Below, piece by piece: positions 1 to 12,192 of a stretch of DNA of 35,707 nt. Each line of letters begins with the position of its first letter. Position 1 is the first letter of the stretch. The position numbers and the translations under genes were made by a program. The stretch is taken from NCBI RefSeq assembly GCF_006345805.1, contig NW_021826276.1, positions 1 to 35,707 of the forward strand. The letters are read 5' to 3'. The notes below the pieces were generated by a model that made no database searches, was not told the origin of the DNA, and saw nothing but the letters and a program-made list of their open reading frames with translations. The DNA is from Octopus sinensis. Its lineage: Eukaryota.

Positions 1-280
1 GCAACGTTTCATCAATTTCACTTTATGCAAGAATACTATGGCAAAGAACTGCAAGAATTTTTTTTTGTTTTTTATTAAATCTTGGCTCTGCAAATCCAAG
101 CATACAAAAGGGATCTCAAAACGCAGAAGACAATAGAGCAGAACTGACCTATACAATATCTTTTATAAATTAGATGATATTTGTTCTTGGTTAAATGCCA
201 TTCTTGAGAAAGCTAGGCTGGGTTTCCAGTTATAGTCATGCCCTTCACTATTTAAAGTTGCACGAGTTTTAAAATTCTGG

Positions 281-560
281 AGTGTGATATACGTGGCGTT
301 TTACAGGTATTTCTAGCAGCTGCACTGACCACATACCAGACGCTGTTGTTGATTCATATCATAGAGTCAGATATGCGAATATAAACATGAAAGAACATTT
401 ACTGTAATATCACGTAACAGTGGGGTGTGATATGAAGGACATTTTACTGATATTTCTAGCAGTTTCAGTGACCACACAGAGACTGTCTATTTGATTCATA
501 TCTTACAGATGAAGGCTGAATAAGTGAACGTAAAATGAATGAATACTGACCGTAATGTAA
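281..560. repeat. Diverged tandem duplication, period about 143 bp
   Basis: The blocks GTGTGATAT, TTTTAC.G.TATTTCTAGCAG, TGACCACA and TTGATTCATATC recur in the same order starting at 281 and at 424. Confidence 0.75.
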
Positions 561-651
561 CTCAATATATCTTATTTACTTAATATTCATAATTTCACCC
601 ACTTTTCTTCTTTTAATGAAAGTTGTTTCCAGTTGGATTTTACTTCCACTT

Positions 652-1158
652 CAGTAATCCGTCGACTATCGCGGGTGTTACGTTCCAAAACATCCCGCGA
701 TAGGTGAAAATCCGCGAAGTAGAAACAGTACTGTGCTGTATATTTTTTTTTATTATTTTTATAATTTGGATATATTTATTTCATTATAAATGCAAAACAC
801 TACACACTCGCCTCCCAACTTTCGTTTTCCATACAATTCTTTGTTTACTCATCTACGGTACACTACGTATTTTCTTTTAATATATTTTAATTATATATGT
901 TATACAGTTAATGAGTTATACAGTGCGGTACTGTACTGTATTTTTATTTATCAATTTATTAATTTTTAGACGTTAAAATGCCTATTTTACCACAGAAATA
1001 ATTAAATTATTTAAAAAAATAAATAAATACGCATCGGTCCCAGAAACCCGCGATGTACAGAGAGGAGACCGTGATATAAATTTACATATATTAGCCAGAA
1101 AAATCCGCGATGTACTGATGACGCGATAGGTGAATCGCGATATGAAGATGGATTACTG
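652..1158. mobile_element. Tigger/pogo-like (Tc1/mariner superfamily) MITE, about 507 bp
   Basis: Left end CAGTAATCCGTCGACTATCGCG; the reverse complement of the right end is CAGTAATCCATCTTCATATCGCG. TA follows the right end (1159-1160), while the left flank is TT. Subterminal CCGCGAT motifs, AT-rich core, no ORF. Confidence 0.75.
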
Positions 1159-1633
1159 TATTCGATACAAAATACTTTTTCTCTTGTAATCGTCAGGACA
1201 AGGAATATGTGATTTCAAAAACCTAGTGATTTTACAGTTCTTAATAATTTTCTTTCCCTATTTGTAACAAATAAGCATATAAGGAGAACCTGCGATCTAT
1301 ATCAGTAATTGGAGTCGTTATCGGCACGAAAAATTAATAGTTTAGAAGCTGTTAACATAGTCAACGCTGGCGTTATCAAAATAACCAGAAATAATTATTT
1401 TAATTATTTCGTCTGTCATAATTCCCCGAGTAATTTAAACAATATTTTCTTTCTCACGTTTCAAAGCTTTAAGCATTACTTATATTAATATGTCTGTTTA
1501 TATAATTTTATATAATTTCGATAATCTATATCATCAAACCCGACCGAAAAAGAACTGATAACTTTAAAGTTTTTCAAACCACATTAATAGATGGCGCCAC
1601 AGGCATATATAATTATAATAATTTCTAATATAA

Positions 1634-1818
1634 GTGCCAGGACACGAATTTCAGAAAGGGATTATTCGATTAATCTTCCCCAGTATTTGATTGCTACGTT
1701 GTTTTATCGATTCTGGAAGGATAAAGAGGAAATTTGACCTCGGAGGGTAGAGATTTGGACTCATAACGGAAAGTGCATTACTTGAATACCACGAAGTATT
1801 TTGTCAAACTCTCTGCCA
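1634..1818 (-). mobile_element. Decayed tRNA-derived SINE, family B
   Basis: Aligns by eye to the copies at 16141-16333 and 29175-29380 (ttttatcgat...gaaggat.aag...tttgacctcgg...gatttggactca). Confidence 0.55.
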
Positions 1819-1862
1819 ATACCTACCCTCACAGACACACCAGACACACACACACACAGATA

Positions 1863-2080
1863 CACGAGGTACTGCTAAAAAGTTCGTGGCCTTGCATAAA
1901 AGAAAACAGAGGTGGATCAGTTTATTATAATTTTGATTAACATGTTTCCTTCTCAGATTCACACTTTTATTGCAGCAGTCCTTCAGTTTTTCTAAGCGCT
2001 GTAAAAGAACTCGGAAATTTGGGCCTCCAGTCAGACCTTTTCGCGACTTTACAGCATCTCCTTTGGCTGGGAACATGACT
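1863..2080. mobile_element. Degenerate mariner-type MITE (tentative)
   Basis: The left end CGAGGTACTGCTAAAAAGTTCGTGGC resembles mariner TIRs (compare AAAGTTCGTGCC in the TIR at 26448). The right TIR is not cleanly recoverable. Confidence 0.4.
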
Positions 2081-2210
2081 GTGTGAACTATAAGTACGAT
2101 TAGAACAACTGCTTGTCTTGCGTGATTCCGCCATGTAAAACTCTGGAGACTTGTCTTTAGCAAAAACTACGTATTGACTCCTCTTGAATATAATTTAGTA
2201 CAGGACTCTG

Positions 2211-2520
2211 TGTGGAGGCGCAATGGCCCAGTGGTTAGGGTAGCGGACTAGCGGTCGGAGGATCGCGGTTTCGATTCCCAGACCGGGCTTTGTGTGTGTT
2301 TATTGAGCGAAAACCCCTAAAAGCTCCACGAGGCTCCGGCATGGGGTGGTGGCGACCCATTTTGTACTCTTTCGCCACAACTTTCTCGTACTCTTTCTTC
2401 CTGTTTCTTGAGTAACGCTGCGATGGACTGACGTCCCATCCAGCTGGGCGGAACGCATGCGCCACAGAAACCGAGCCCATGAGACTGGCTAGGCTTGGAA
2501 AGGGCGACGTTTATCGTTTA
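2211..2520 (+). mobile_element. tRNA-derived SINE, family C (tail type 1)
   Basis: Pol III A box TGGCCCAGTGG and B box GTTTCGATTCC. The first ~200 bp are homologous to the copy at 8803. The tail contains CTGCGATGGACTGACGTCCCATCCAG. Confidence 0.85.
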
Positions 2521-4279
2521 TAGAACTCTGTAGAAAACCATACATAAATATATGCATTTGTGTGTGTGCGTTTGTGTTTGTGTGTGTGTGTGTGTGTCTG
2601 TGTGTGCATGTGTTTGGTTGATAAATATAAACAAACGAAGGCATATCAAATACTACACAAAGTTAATGATATGAATTCTAAGCTTATTGAAATATATCCC
2701 TCCGTAGAATAAGTAAATTCAGTTGCACTAATTTCTTTTCAGAATTTTACAATTATTGTTAAATAGTTTCACTTACAAAATTTATTCTACATATTAGCGG
2801 ATATATAAACAGTGATATTGAGAAAGTTATGTGGTTCTGACTACACCGAAGCTGAAGAGATACAATTTGATGAAATCAACGAATCATCTCTTAATGGATT
2901 CAAATATTTTCTCTTGAGATTTTAGCACTAAAACTACTTAGGAATAAAATTTCAAATATGTTATTATGTATCGAATCAATTAAGTTCTATAATTTCTGGT
3001 GCCTAATGCACACTTACCACTTTTACTTTACTGTGTCAAACGGTGAATTAAAATTTGTGAACATTTTGGCTGGAATTGTATATTCTTAAATTATAATAAT
3101 ACATAGAGCTGGATATAAAAATTCCTTAGCACATATAGACACATTACACCGGAGACAAATTTCTTTTCCATTATCTATCTATTTTAAGAAGAGTTCCTTT
3201 TAAAGTGTGTGTGTGTGCATATGAAGGATGCACTGCATGTGTAAGCCGTATTATAAGGTTTTAAATATATGATATAGTCATGATGCCTGTGTTCCGTACC
3301 CAGTTTGTCATTTCACTTATCGTCAGAGCTTATCGCACCACGTTGACTGTGCATGTTATGAGAGTTTTGAAGTCTATTAAATCGACTAGAGTTACAACTC
3401 ATAGACTTCTCTTTATCGAGCAAGGACGGACGAATCGCAAAGCTGACCCAGCAGGGATTTCAACATCGAAAACAAACATAAGGAATTTCGAAATAAGTCT
3501 TTGTCAGAGACACATACGACTCAGCTAACCATTAATTACATTAGAAGAAAAAAAAAAAAAAAAACATCAAGAGATATGTAACATTGTATGGACATAAAGA
3601 GGGGCACACTATACATAAAAATATAAATGGCATCGCAATCAATTTTACAAATGTGTATTGCAGTTGTTTACTGAATTACAGCATAAAATTGCTCTTGATG
3701 GAGAACGGAATGAGGTATGTGTATTCTATGTATTCTGCCAACAAAATTTTCACTCAGTTTTTGCCTCAAAATTTTAATCGTAATGTATACATACATAATA
3801 GTTGCAACTTGAAATCACTTCATTGTTCACTTACATATGTGCAGCACACATGTTGTCTTGGAGACCAACATTCTATTGAACAGATGAGCAACGCTGGTTA
3901 CCTCTTTCAGCAGATATCACGAGAGCTTAACTACCACGGTCACAAATGCCTTAATTCCATCATATATACATGCATACATATATACATACAGGCATATATG
4001 TGTACAAGTGTCTCTATGTATATATGTATACTTGCATACACTTAGGAAGGAAATAAAACTTCGTAACATCAACAATTTTAAATCCCAGTTGCTTGAAATC
4101 AGTGCTCTCCTTCGATAGATCCCATTCCTTTCTTTCTTTGCTTTATTTCAAGGGTAGTATTGCAAAATTTAATATCACATGTTACAATAAGTGTCCAATC
4201 TAGAGACTTATACAAGTCAACGACTCATATAGTTTTCATTCAATATTTTATTCAGTTCAATAAATCTTGTACGCATATA

Positions 4280-4491
4280 GGCGCAGGAGTGGCTGTGTGG
4301 TAAGCAGCTTGTTTACCAACCACATGGTTCCGGGTTCAGTCCCACTGCGTGGCACCTTGCGCAAGTGTCTTCTACTATAGCCTCGGGTCGACCAAAGCCT
4401 TGTGAGTGGATTTGGTAGACGGAAACTGAAACAAGCCCGTCGTATATATGTATATATATATATGTATATATATATATACATATATATACAG

Positions 4492-4527
<36 letters not shown>

Positions 4528-4743
4528 CGTTTGTGTGTCTGTGTTTGTCCCCCTAGCATTGCTTGACAACCGATGCTGGTGTGTTTATGTCCCCGTTACT
4601 TAGCGGTTCGGCAAAAGAGACCGATAGAATAAGTACTGGGCTTACAAAAGAATAAGTCCCGGGGTCGAGTTGCTCGACTAAAGGCCGTGCTCCAGCATGG
4701 CCGCAGTCAAATGACTGAAACAAGTAAAAGAGTAAAAGAGAGT
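4280..4743 (+). mobile_element. Full-length tRNA-derived SINE, family A
   Basis: A box TGGCTGTGTGG, B box GGTTCAGTCC, CORE-like CCTTG(G/C)GCAAG segment, internal (TA)n(TG)n, tail GCTCCAGCATGGCCGCAGTCAAATGACTGAAACAAG(TAAAAGAG)n. Several homologous copies occur in the window. Confidence 0.9.
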
Positions 4744-5028
4744 ATATAGCTCAGAATTTGCGCAATCGATCCAGCTATACAAGCCTTGTGAAAACGTTCC
4801 TTTCATCAAGAGAATTTGAAATGAGTAAAGCCAAACTTGGTCCAGTCAATAATCTTATAGCAGACCTAACTCAACGTCCGCAACCAATACGAGGCGCTCA
4901 TTAGTTAGGTTTATTGATGCGACTGTGTTTCCTGCTTTTAACTATTCGCAGAAAAAATAGGCATTAGGGCCCTTACTAAAACAACGGTTCTGAGATTTGT
5001 TTATGAGTAGGTTACCTGCAAATTTTTT

Positions 5029-5229
5029 TCCTTTTATTTGTTTCAGTCATTTGACTGCGGCCATGCAGGAGCACCGCCTTTAGTCAAGTAAACTAACCCC
5101 AGAACTTATTCTTTGTAAGCCTAGTACTTATTCTATCGGCCTCTCTTGCCGAACCGCTAGATGACGGGGACGTAAACACACCAGCATCAGTTGTCAAGCG
5201 ATGTTGGGGTGATAAACACAGACACACAA

Positions 5230-5268
<39 letters not shown>

Positions 5269-5466
5269 ACACACAAACACAAACATATATATATTTATAT
5301 ATACGACGGGCTTCTTTCAGTTTCCGTCTACCCAATCCACTCACAAGGCTTTGGTCGCCCCGAGGCTATAGTAGAAGACACTTGCCCAAGATGCCACGCA
5401 GCGGGACTGAACACGCAACCATGTGGTTGGTAAACAAGCCACTTACCACACATCCACTCCTGCGCC
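5029..5466 (-). mobile_element. Full-length SINE, family A
   Basis: Reverse complement of the 4280 copy along its length. Confidence 0.9.
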
Positions 5467-5527
5467 TATATCAGTGGATTTCTCTTCGAACTCAGTGTGT
5501 GTATATATATATATATATATATGTACG

Positions 5528-5575
<48 letters not shown>

Positions 5576-6088
5576 GTGTGTTTGTGTGTGTGTGCGTGCG
5601 TGCGCAAGTGCGTGTGTACTAGTGCTACTGTTTGTATTTTGAAACATCGCCTTTTCATTAATTAACGTTCAGAAATGTACGCATTAAAACGATGGTACTC
5701 AAAAGGGTACACGAAAAGAATTCGGAATTTAGTTCGGGCAAAAGAAGGAATATTAAAAGGTCTTATACTACAAAGATAAAATGTTCTATTAAAAGTAGTT
5801 CGACAAAAAAATGAGAGACACAATTTATTAGGAATAACGGTTAGGAAAAAATTAGATTGTAATACACGTCACTTTGTTAAATTATATCATTGTACTTCTT
5901 GCTTTCCTTCTTTCTCTGCTCTCCTTTCTTTCCGTCAGCTTTAAACACATGTAAACAACTCGTGTTATTCTCTTCCCTCAAACAGAAAACCGTTTTTGAA
6001 TTTACGTCTCTTTAAAGTCTACAGCGAAAGGATTTAGAATCCCACGTTTTGCAAGCTTAAGTGTATTTTAAGCAATGATGTAGATACA

Positions 6089-6391
6089 TACACGCCTAAT
6101 ACATACATACATACATACATACATACATACATACATAAATACATACATACACATTCATGCATACATACATTCATACATACATACATACATACATACATAC
6201 ATACATACATACATACATACATACACACACATGTATACATATATACACACATACAAACAAAATACATACAAACATGCATTTATAGTTACATTCACACACA
6301 TATAATATATACGCACACACACATAATATATATATATATGCATGTGTATTTGTATATGTATATATATGTGTATATATATATAAATATATAC

Positions 6392-6434
<43 letters not shown>

Positions 6435-6620
6435 TTATGTATGTATATAATATATCCATACATATATATATATTTACTATACATACATTATAGAACAGAC
6501 GTGTGTATATGTGTGCATACATACATGTGTGTTTGTGTGCGCATGTATGTTTGTGTGTATATGTGTGTGTGTACGTGTGTGCGTGTGCGTGTGTTCGTGC
6601 GTGTGTGTGTGTGTGCATGT
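6089..6620. repeat. Compound (TACA)n/(TA)n/(TG)n microsatellite
   Basis: Seen directly. Confidence 0.95.
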
Positions 6621-6805
6621 CTTGTAACATAAAACATGTGAAAGAAATTCATCATGCTGTAGCTGACAGCATGCAAGCCTTTAAGATCCAATTCAGTATG
6701 TTTTGCACCATGCGTGTCAATAAATTATTTTAACATATATAGTTTGTTTTCGTACTTAATGAACCGAGACTTAAGTAAACCCTGTGGCATGAACTTCGAG
6801 ATTCG

Positions 6806-6981
6806 CCGCCGCTACCGCCGACGCCGCGTCGCCGCCGCCGCCGTCGTCATCTTTGTTGTTGTTTTTGTTATTATTGCCGTTGTTTCATTTATGTTATTAA
6901 TATCATCCTCATCATCATCGTCGTCGTCGTCGTGATCGTCATCACGATCATCATCATCATCATCACGATCATCATTATCAA

Positions 6982-7016
<35 letters not shown>

Positions 7017-7262
7017 CGATCATCATTATCAACATCATCATCGTCATCGTCATCGTCATCGTCATCATCATAATCATCATCATCATCATCATAATCATCA
7101 TCATCATCGTCATCGTCATCATCGTCATCGTCATCATCATCATCATCATCCTTATAATAATCATCATCATCATCATCATCGTCATCGTCATCGTCATCGT
7201 CATCATCATAATCATCATCATCATCATCATCACCACCACCACCATCATCGTCATCGTCATCG

Positions 7263-7301
<39 letters not shown>

Positions 7302-7335
7302 ATTTCCTCCTCCTCCCCCTCCTCTTCCTCCATCA
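6806..7335. repeat. Compound (GCC)/(GTC)/(ATC)n trinucleotide microsatellite
   Basis: Seen directly; it produces the poly-D, poly-M and poly-I ORFs. Confidence 0.95.
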
Positions 7336-8349
7336 TCAAAACCCATCGCGATCCTTATTTTTACGTTTGATCAGCACGGGCCTTTTCGCATGTTGTAAAG
7401 CGCCTTTCTATACCTCCTTCCGTTGGAAGATTAAATCCTTTGATATAGTTGTTATATTTGCACTTGTTTTATGAAGACGCTGCCGTGGTCCTGCCCCACC
7501 GTCACTCCAGCTGCTGCTACTGGTGATGGTAATGATGATTATGATGCTGCTGATGATGACCATCATATTGATGATGATCTCGTTGTCATCGCTTCTTTTG
7601 TGGTGGTCAATTATAATTGAGCAAATATATTCACAGGAGTTCCAACCATGCCTGTCTATACTATTTTCCCTATTTTAAGGATAATTTTTTTCTTGCATGT
7701 ATTATTTTTCTTCTTATATCCTTCCTCTACTTTATCCAGTATGAATAATTGCTTAAGGATTTGATCTGTGATAGGAAAAACAAAAATGTTATTCATCTTC
7801 TATTTCATTGAACTACGTAGAATTCGTGGCGTTAGTTTTGTTGCTTAGTTGTATAAAACGTTTGCATGAGAAAGAGCTCTTACAGATAAATGTTGAAAAA
7901 TATACGTTTTTACTATGTAGCACATAGCTTTACTACTTGAACAGACATGATCAAAGATGCTCTAGCCAGGGAAACTGTGTCATTTTATTATACATAGTAT
8001 TATCTATGATTATATAATTAATACTTTTCAAACAGAAGTGTTTAATTTGCATGATGTCTAATTCATGTTAATTAGACGACTGCGTAGCGACTTGAAAGTT
8101 GTCTCGACTGTCGCCCGCTTAAGATGGCTGTCTAGTGGGGGGTCACCAAAATATTGGTAGTTATGGTGACACTTTGTCCGTAATCTAAATCTAATTGAAT
8201 TTACTTTCAAAGATGCTAAAATAAAGATTCAATAACACATACCAGCATCATTAGTACACCATTACAGTAATAACAACGAGATAGATTGCTAACACCAACG
8301 AGTAAAATACCAACAAAGCAAAGAGGGACAAATCCTTTCCACAATAGAG

Positions 8350-8515
8350 AAAGGACCTGAATTTGTTTTAGGAAGATAGACTAGTCGATTACATCGACCC
8401 CAGTGCACAATTGGTATATATTTTATCGACCCAGAGAGGACGAAAGCCAAAGTTTTTCTCTGTGGGATTTGAACTCAATATCCCCAAAATTTTAGATAGT
8501 AACGGCTCACTGCTT
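8350..8515 (-). mobile_element. Decayed SINE fragment, family B
   Basis: agtcgattacatcgaccccagtgcacaattggta...ttttatcgaccc...gatttgaactca matches the family B body. Confidence 0.6.
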
Positions 8516-8802
8516 TTCAGAAGTCTCTAATTTTCAGAGATAAATAAGTGTTACTGCTACTACTGTTTGTAGTAGTAGTGGAAGTAGTAGTAGTAGTAGT
8601 ATTCATGGGGAATTTGTAATCCCATATTTCAATGAACTTAGGTCCTTACCGTGAAAAGAAAAAAACACCGGGTGGGAGTTCATAGCTTATTTCGAAATAC
8701 ATTCAAGTAATATATTTTGCATAATATCCTGAAATATTTGGTCAATCAATGCTACTAGTAGACAGTATACCTTAATCGAAGCGGGACATATTACTGATGC
8801 TA

Positions 8803-9153
8803 TGTGGAGGCGCAATGGCCCAGTGGCTAGGGCCCGGTCGTAGGACTGGGGTTTCGATTCCCACACTGGGCGTTGTGAATGTTTATTGAGCAAAAACACC
8901 TGAAGCTCCACGAGGCTCCGGCAGGGAGTGGTGGCGAACACTGCTGTACTTTTTCACCACACTATCTCTCACTATGTCGTCCTGTTTCTGTTGTAACTGT
9001 ATTTCAAAGGGCCAGCCTTGTCACACTCTGTGTCACGCTGACTCACGTGTCTGTGAAGTGCTCAACTACTTGCATGTTAATTTCACGAGCAGGCTGTTCT
9101 GTTGATCGGATCAACTGGAACCTTCCTCGGCGTAACCGACGGAGCCTCACAAC
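8803..9153 (+). mobile_element. tRNA-derived SINE, family C (tail type 2)
   Basis: Same start (TGTGGAGGCGCAATGGCCCAGTGG) and body as the 2211 copy up to CCTGTTTCT, followed by an unrelated tail ending CAACTGGAACC...GTAACCGACGGAG. Confidence 0.85.
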
Positions 9154-9612
9154 TGATGCTTTGTTAACTATATTGAATTCATGCAGGTTTATGTGAACCT
9201 ATGTTGAAGAATTTTACTCTATCATTCGGATAGAGTTCATTTTCTTACACAGTTATTTAATAAGAAAGATGGTGAAGAACTTAAGGTTGTATTAGCAATG
9301 AGAAGAAAGGTAATGAAATGGTTGAGAGCGAAGATTTGACACGGTCAGGTGTAATTTTGAATTACTATAAACTTTATGAAAAATGATAAAAGAGCGGAAA
9401 ATATTGCATATAAGAAAGGTTCACCAATTAGATTCCATGTATAGCAGACTACGTGCTTTTGTGTTGGTGGCAAATAAGATATATGGTGCGTTTCTACTAT
9501 TTAGATCGTTTACCTTATATTAAGGAATACCTATGTATATATTATTACACATTGATAAAGAACCACCGCATTCTATGTATGTTCCTTTTTGTCCTGTGAA
9601 GCAAATCTTCAG

Positions 9613-9736
9613 ATGTAAACCGACAATCGGGAAGCCGAGCCGTCGGCGTCCTTACAATGCCACGGTCAAGTATGCAATGGAAGACACTGGTACATGAACA
9701 CCTATGGTATTATGATAACATAAGAGCACACGATAG
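9613..9736 (+). CDS. Candidate internal coding exon, unknown protein (..VNRQSGSRAVGVLTMPRSSMQWKTLVHEHLWYYDNIRAHD..)
   Basis: CTTCAG| acceptor after a pyrimidine tract and AG|GTGATG donor. The frame is open exactly between in-frame TGA codons at 9597-9599 and 9738-9740, in a CpG-containing high-complexity island. Other frames and the opposite strand are also partly open, so the frame is not proven. Confidence 0.35.
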
Positions 9737-9773
9737 GTGATGTGATTGTTAACATGTCCAACACACCGAAAGT

Positions 9774-10047
9774 TGATGATGATGATGATGATGATGATGA
9801 CGACATTGACGACGAGGACGATGAACGTACTATCATTCATTGCCTTTGTAATTAATTCTTCTTCCCCTCCTCCTCCTTTTCTTCTACTTCTTCTTCTTCG
9901 CTTTTTTCTTCCATCTCTTAATTCTTCCTCCATCTCTTACTTCTCCTTCCATCTACTCCTACTTCTCCTCCTCCTCCATTCTCGTTCTTCCTCTCCTTCC
10001 CTACTTCTTCATCACCTCCTACTTTTTCCTCCCTTCTTCCTCCTCCG

Positions 10048-10093
<46 letters not shown>

Positions 10094-10445
10094 TTTCTTC
10101 TTCTTCTTCTCTTCTTCTTTTTCTTCTTCTTTTTCTTCTTCTTTTTCTTCTTCTTTTTCTTCTTCTTTTTCTTCTTCTTCTCTACCCCATCCCATCGTCT
10201 CCCTTTCATCCTTCTCTTCTTATCATCATCATCGTCGTCATCATCATCATCGTCATCATCATCATCATCGTCGTCGTCGTCATCATCATCGTTGTCGTCG
10301 TCATCATCATCATCGTCATCGTCGTCATCATCATCCTCATCATCACCACCATTACTATTATTAATATTATTATTATTATTATTATTGTTGTTGTTGTTGT
10401 TGTTGTTGTTGTTATCATCATTATTATCATTACTACCATCATCGT
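9774..10445. repeat. Compound (GAT)/(TTC)/(CAT)/(TAT)/(TGT)n microsatellite tract
   Basis: Seen directly. Confidence 0.95.
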
Positions 10446-11109
10446 TCTATATGTTCCATGACTTTCTTTCTATTGATATTCTCCGCATTGTTGTCTTCTC
10501 CTGCATCTGATTGTTTTTGTTGCTTCAGGTTACTCATTGATATTTCTTACGATTGAAACTAATATAGAGTCTACCATTGTCTAGGTATCTCTGTATTTGC
10601 AGAATTTATACACGCATATGCTTACATACACCCTCACATACACACTAACGCACCCATACAACCATCAGCAAATATTGCATATATATATATACATATATAT
10701 ATATACACACACACATACACATGCCGACACTCATACACATACACACCCACGCATAGATATGGATATTTATTCGTATATATATTTGAAGTTCTTGTAGTTA
10801 TCTATCATAAAAGGGACTCGAGAATTCAATATGCCGACAGTTAAAATTTAAATATTAAACAATATTGCTACAAACAGCAGTAAGTTTCCTTCTTATGTTT
10901 GCAAAATTGTGCTAGATTGAACGTGGACAATATTTTGAGGCGGTGTCAGAAGTGATGAAGGTGAAAGAGGAGAAGGAGAATTTGGTTTGAAGAGTAGAAA
11001 AAGAAAAAATTAATTCCACAGTGGATTTTCTTCTTTGTCAATTATATTTAAATTCTTTTCGGATTTATGGGGAAAAACACCTAATGGAAGCGGAAGGGTG
11101 GGGGGAAAA

Positions 11110-11723
11110 CATGAAAGGGGGAGAAGAATGAATTGAAGAAAAATAAAGAAGGAAAACGACGAAAAAGAAGTAGCAGACCGGGAAGATGACGAAGAAGAAG
11201 AAGAAGAAGAAGAAGAAGAAGAAGAAGAAAAGGAAGAAGAAGAAGAAGATGAGGAACAAGAAAAAGAAGATGAGGAAGAGAAGAAAAAGAAGAGGAAGTA
11301 GAAGTGGAAGATGAAGAAGATGGAGAAGAAGGAGAAGAAGAAGAGGACGAAGAAGAAGAAGTAGAGGAAAAAGAAGACGAAGAAGAAGAAGAAGAAGAAG
11401 ATGAAAAAGAAGAAGAAGCGGAAGAAGAAGAAAATGAGGAAGAGAAAAGGGAGAAGAAGATGAGGAAGAAGAAGAAGAAGAAGAAGGGGAAGAAGAAGAG
11501 GTAGAAGAAGAAGAAGAAGAAAAGAAGGGGAAGGAGAATGGAAGAAGAAGAAGGAGAAGTAGAAGAGGAGGAAGAAAAAGAAGAGGAAAAAGAAGAAGAG
11601 GGAGGAGAAGAAGATGAGGAAGAAAAATAAGAGGAAAAAAAAGAAGGGGAAAAAGAAGAGGTGGTAGAAGAGGAAAAAGAAGAAAGAAGAAGAAGAAGAA
11701 GAAGAAGAAGAAGAAGAAGAAGA
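11110..11723. repeat. About 610 bp near-homopurine (GAA/GAG)n tract
   Basis: Seen directly; it produces the poly-E/K and poly-F/L ORFs. Confidence 0.95.
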
Positions 11724-12192
11724 TCAAATAGTTTAAGGGTTTAATGTTGAAACCCTTCCCACGGTTATAGAGCAAACTGCAACACAACTATTGCAGGTTA
11801 TGACATGAACAAAATATATATTGGCGATCCCACTCCCGGCGGATAGTTCCCTCTATCCACTCGGGCTCAATTCCATGTGGAAGCCCACACACCCAAGCTC
11901 TCGTTAATTTTCGCCCACCGTATGTAGGGAGAAACAAAATCTTCTCCCCTTCGACCGGTTGGCACACAAAAATTTGTGCCTCCGTAGGGGTGTGAAAAAG
12001 AACACACACAGTTTCATACTTTGCTCCCCTACGAATAAGTCGAAAAGTTGGTAGGTACTCTGCCAACTCTTTCTCAATATCAGACTGAGAGAACTCAGCG
12101 ATGGCTTCAAGGACCCTAGAGTAGGTCCTTAAAACCACCGTTCTCTCAGTATAATTTAAAGCCAATCTCTGGGGGCCACGATGTCGATCCAT
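11724..12192 (-). mobile_element. Non-LTR retrotransposon remnant: ORF1-like fragment joined to a stem-loop end abutting (TTC)n
   Basis: The 134-aa complex ORF (LNYTERTVVLRTYSR...LIRRGAKYETV...FLPTYGGRKLTRAWVCGLPHGIEPEW) resembles Tx1/L1-type ORF1 RRM-like N-termini (from recollection). A perfect 8-bp stem, AAGGGTTT/AAACCCTT at 11735-11757, lies about 12 nt from the repeat. Confidence 0.5.

Noticed and set aside
1114-1145. Hammerhead ribozyme (CTGATGA followed by a CGCGAT/ATCGCG hairpin)
   Set aside because: The hairpin is followed by ATATGAAG rather than GAAA, and it lies in the MITE subterminal repeats.
2211-2290. tRNA gene
   Set aside because: It has A and B boxes but no closing acceptor stem, and it continues into a SINE body shared with the 8803 copy.
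4747-5006. 51-codon open frame and a 55-nt exon-like segment between the inverted SINEs
   Set aside because: Weak or incomplete splice signals and unrecognised peptides; within chance expectation.
6812-7474. Long ORFs (poly-D, poly-M, poly-I) and similar low-complexity ORFs at 9746-10510, 11065-11787, 16561-17031, 17565-18388, 28824-29254 and 32993-33386
   Set aside because: They are stop-free translations of microsatellites with no protein-like complexity or splice context.
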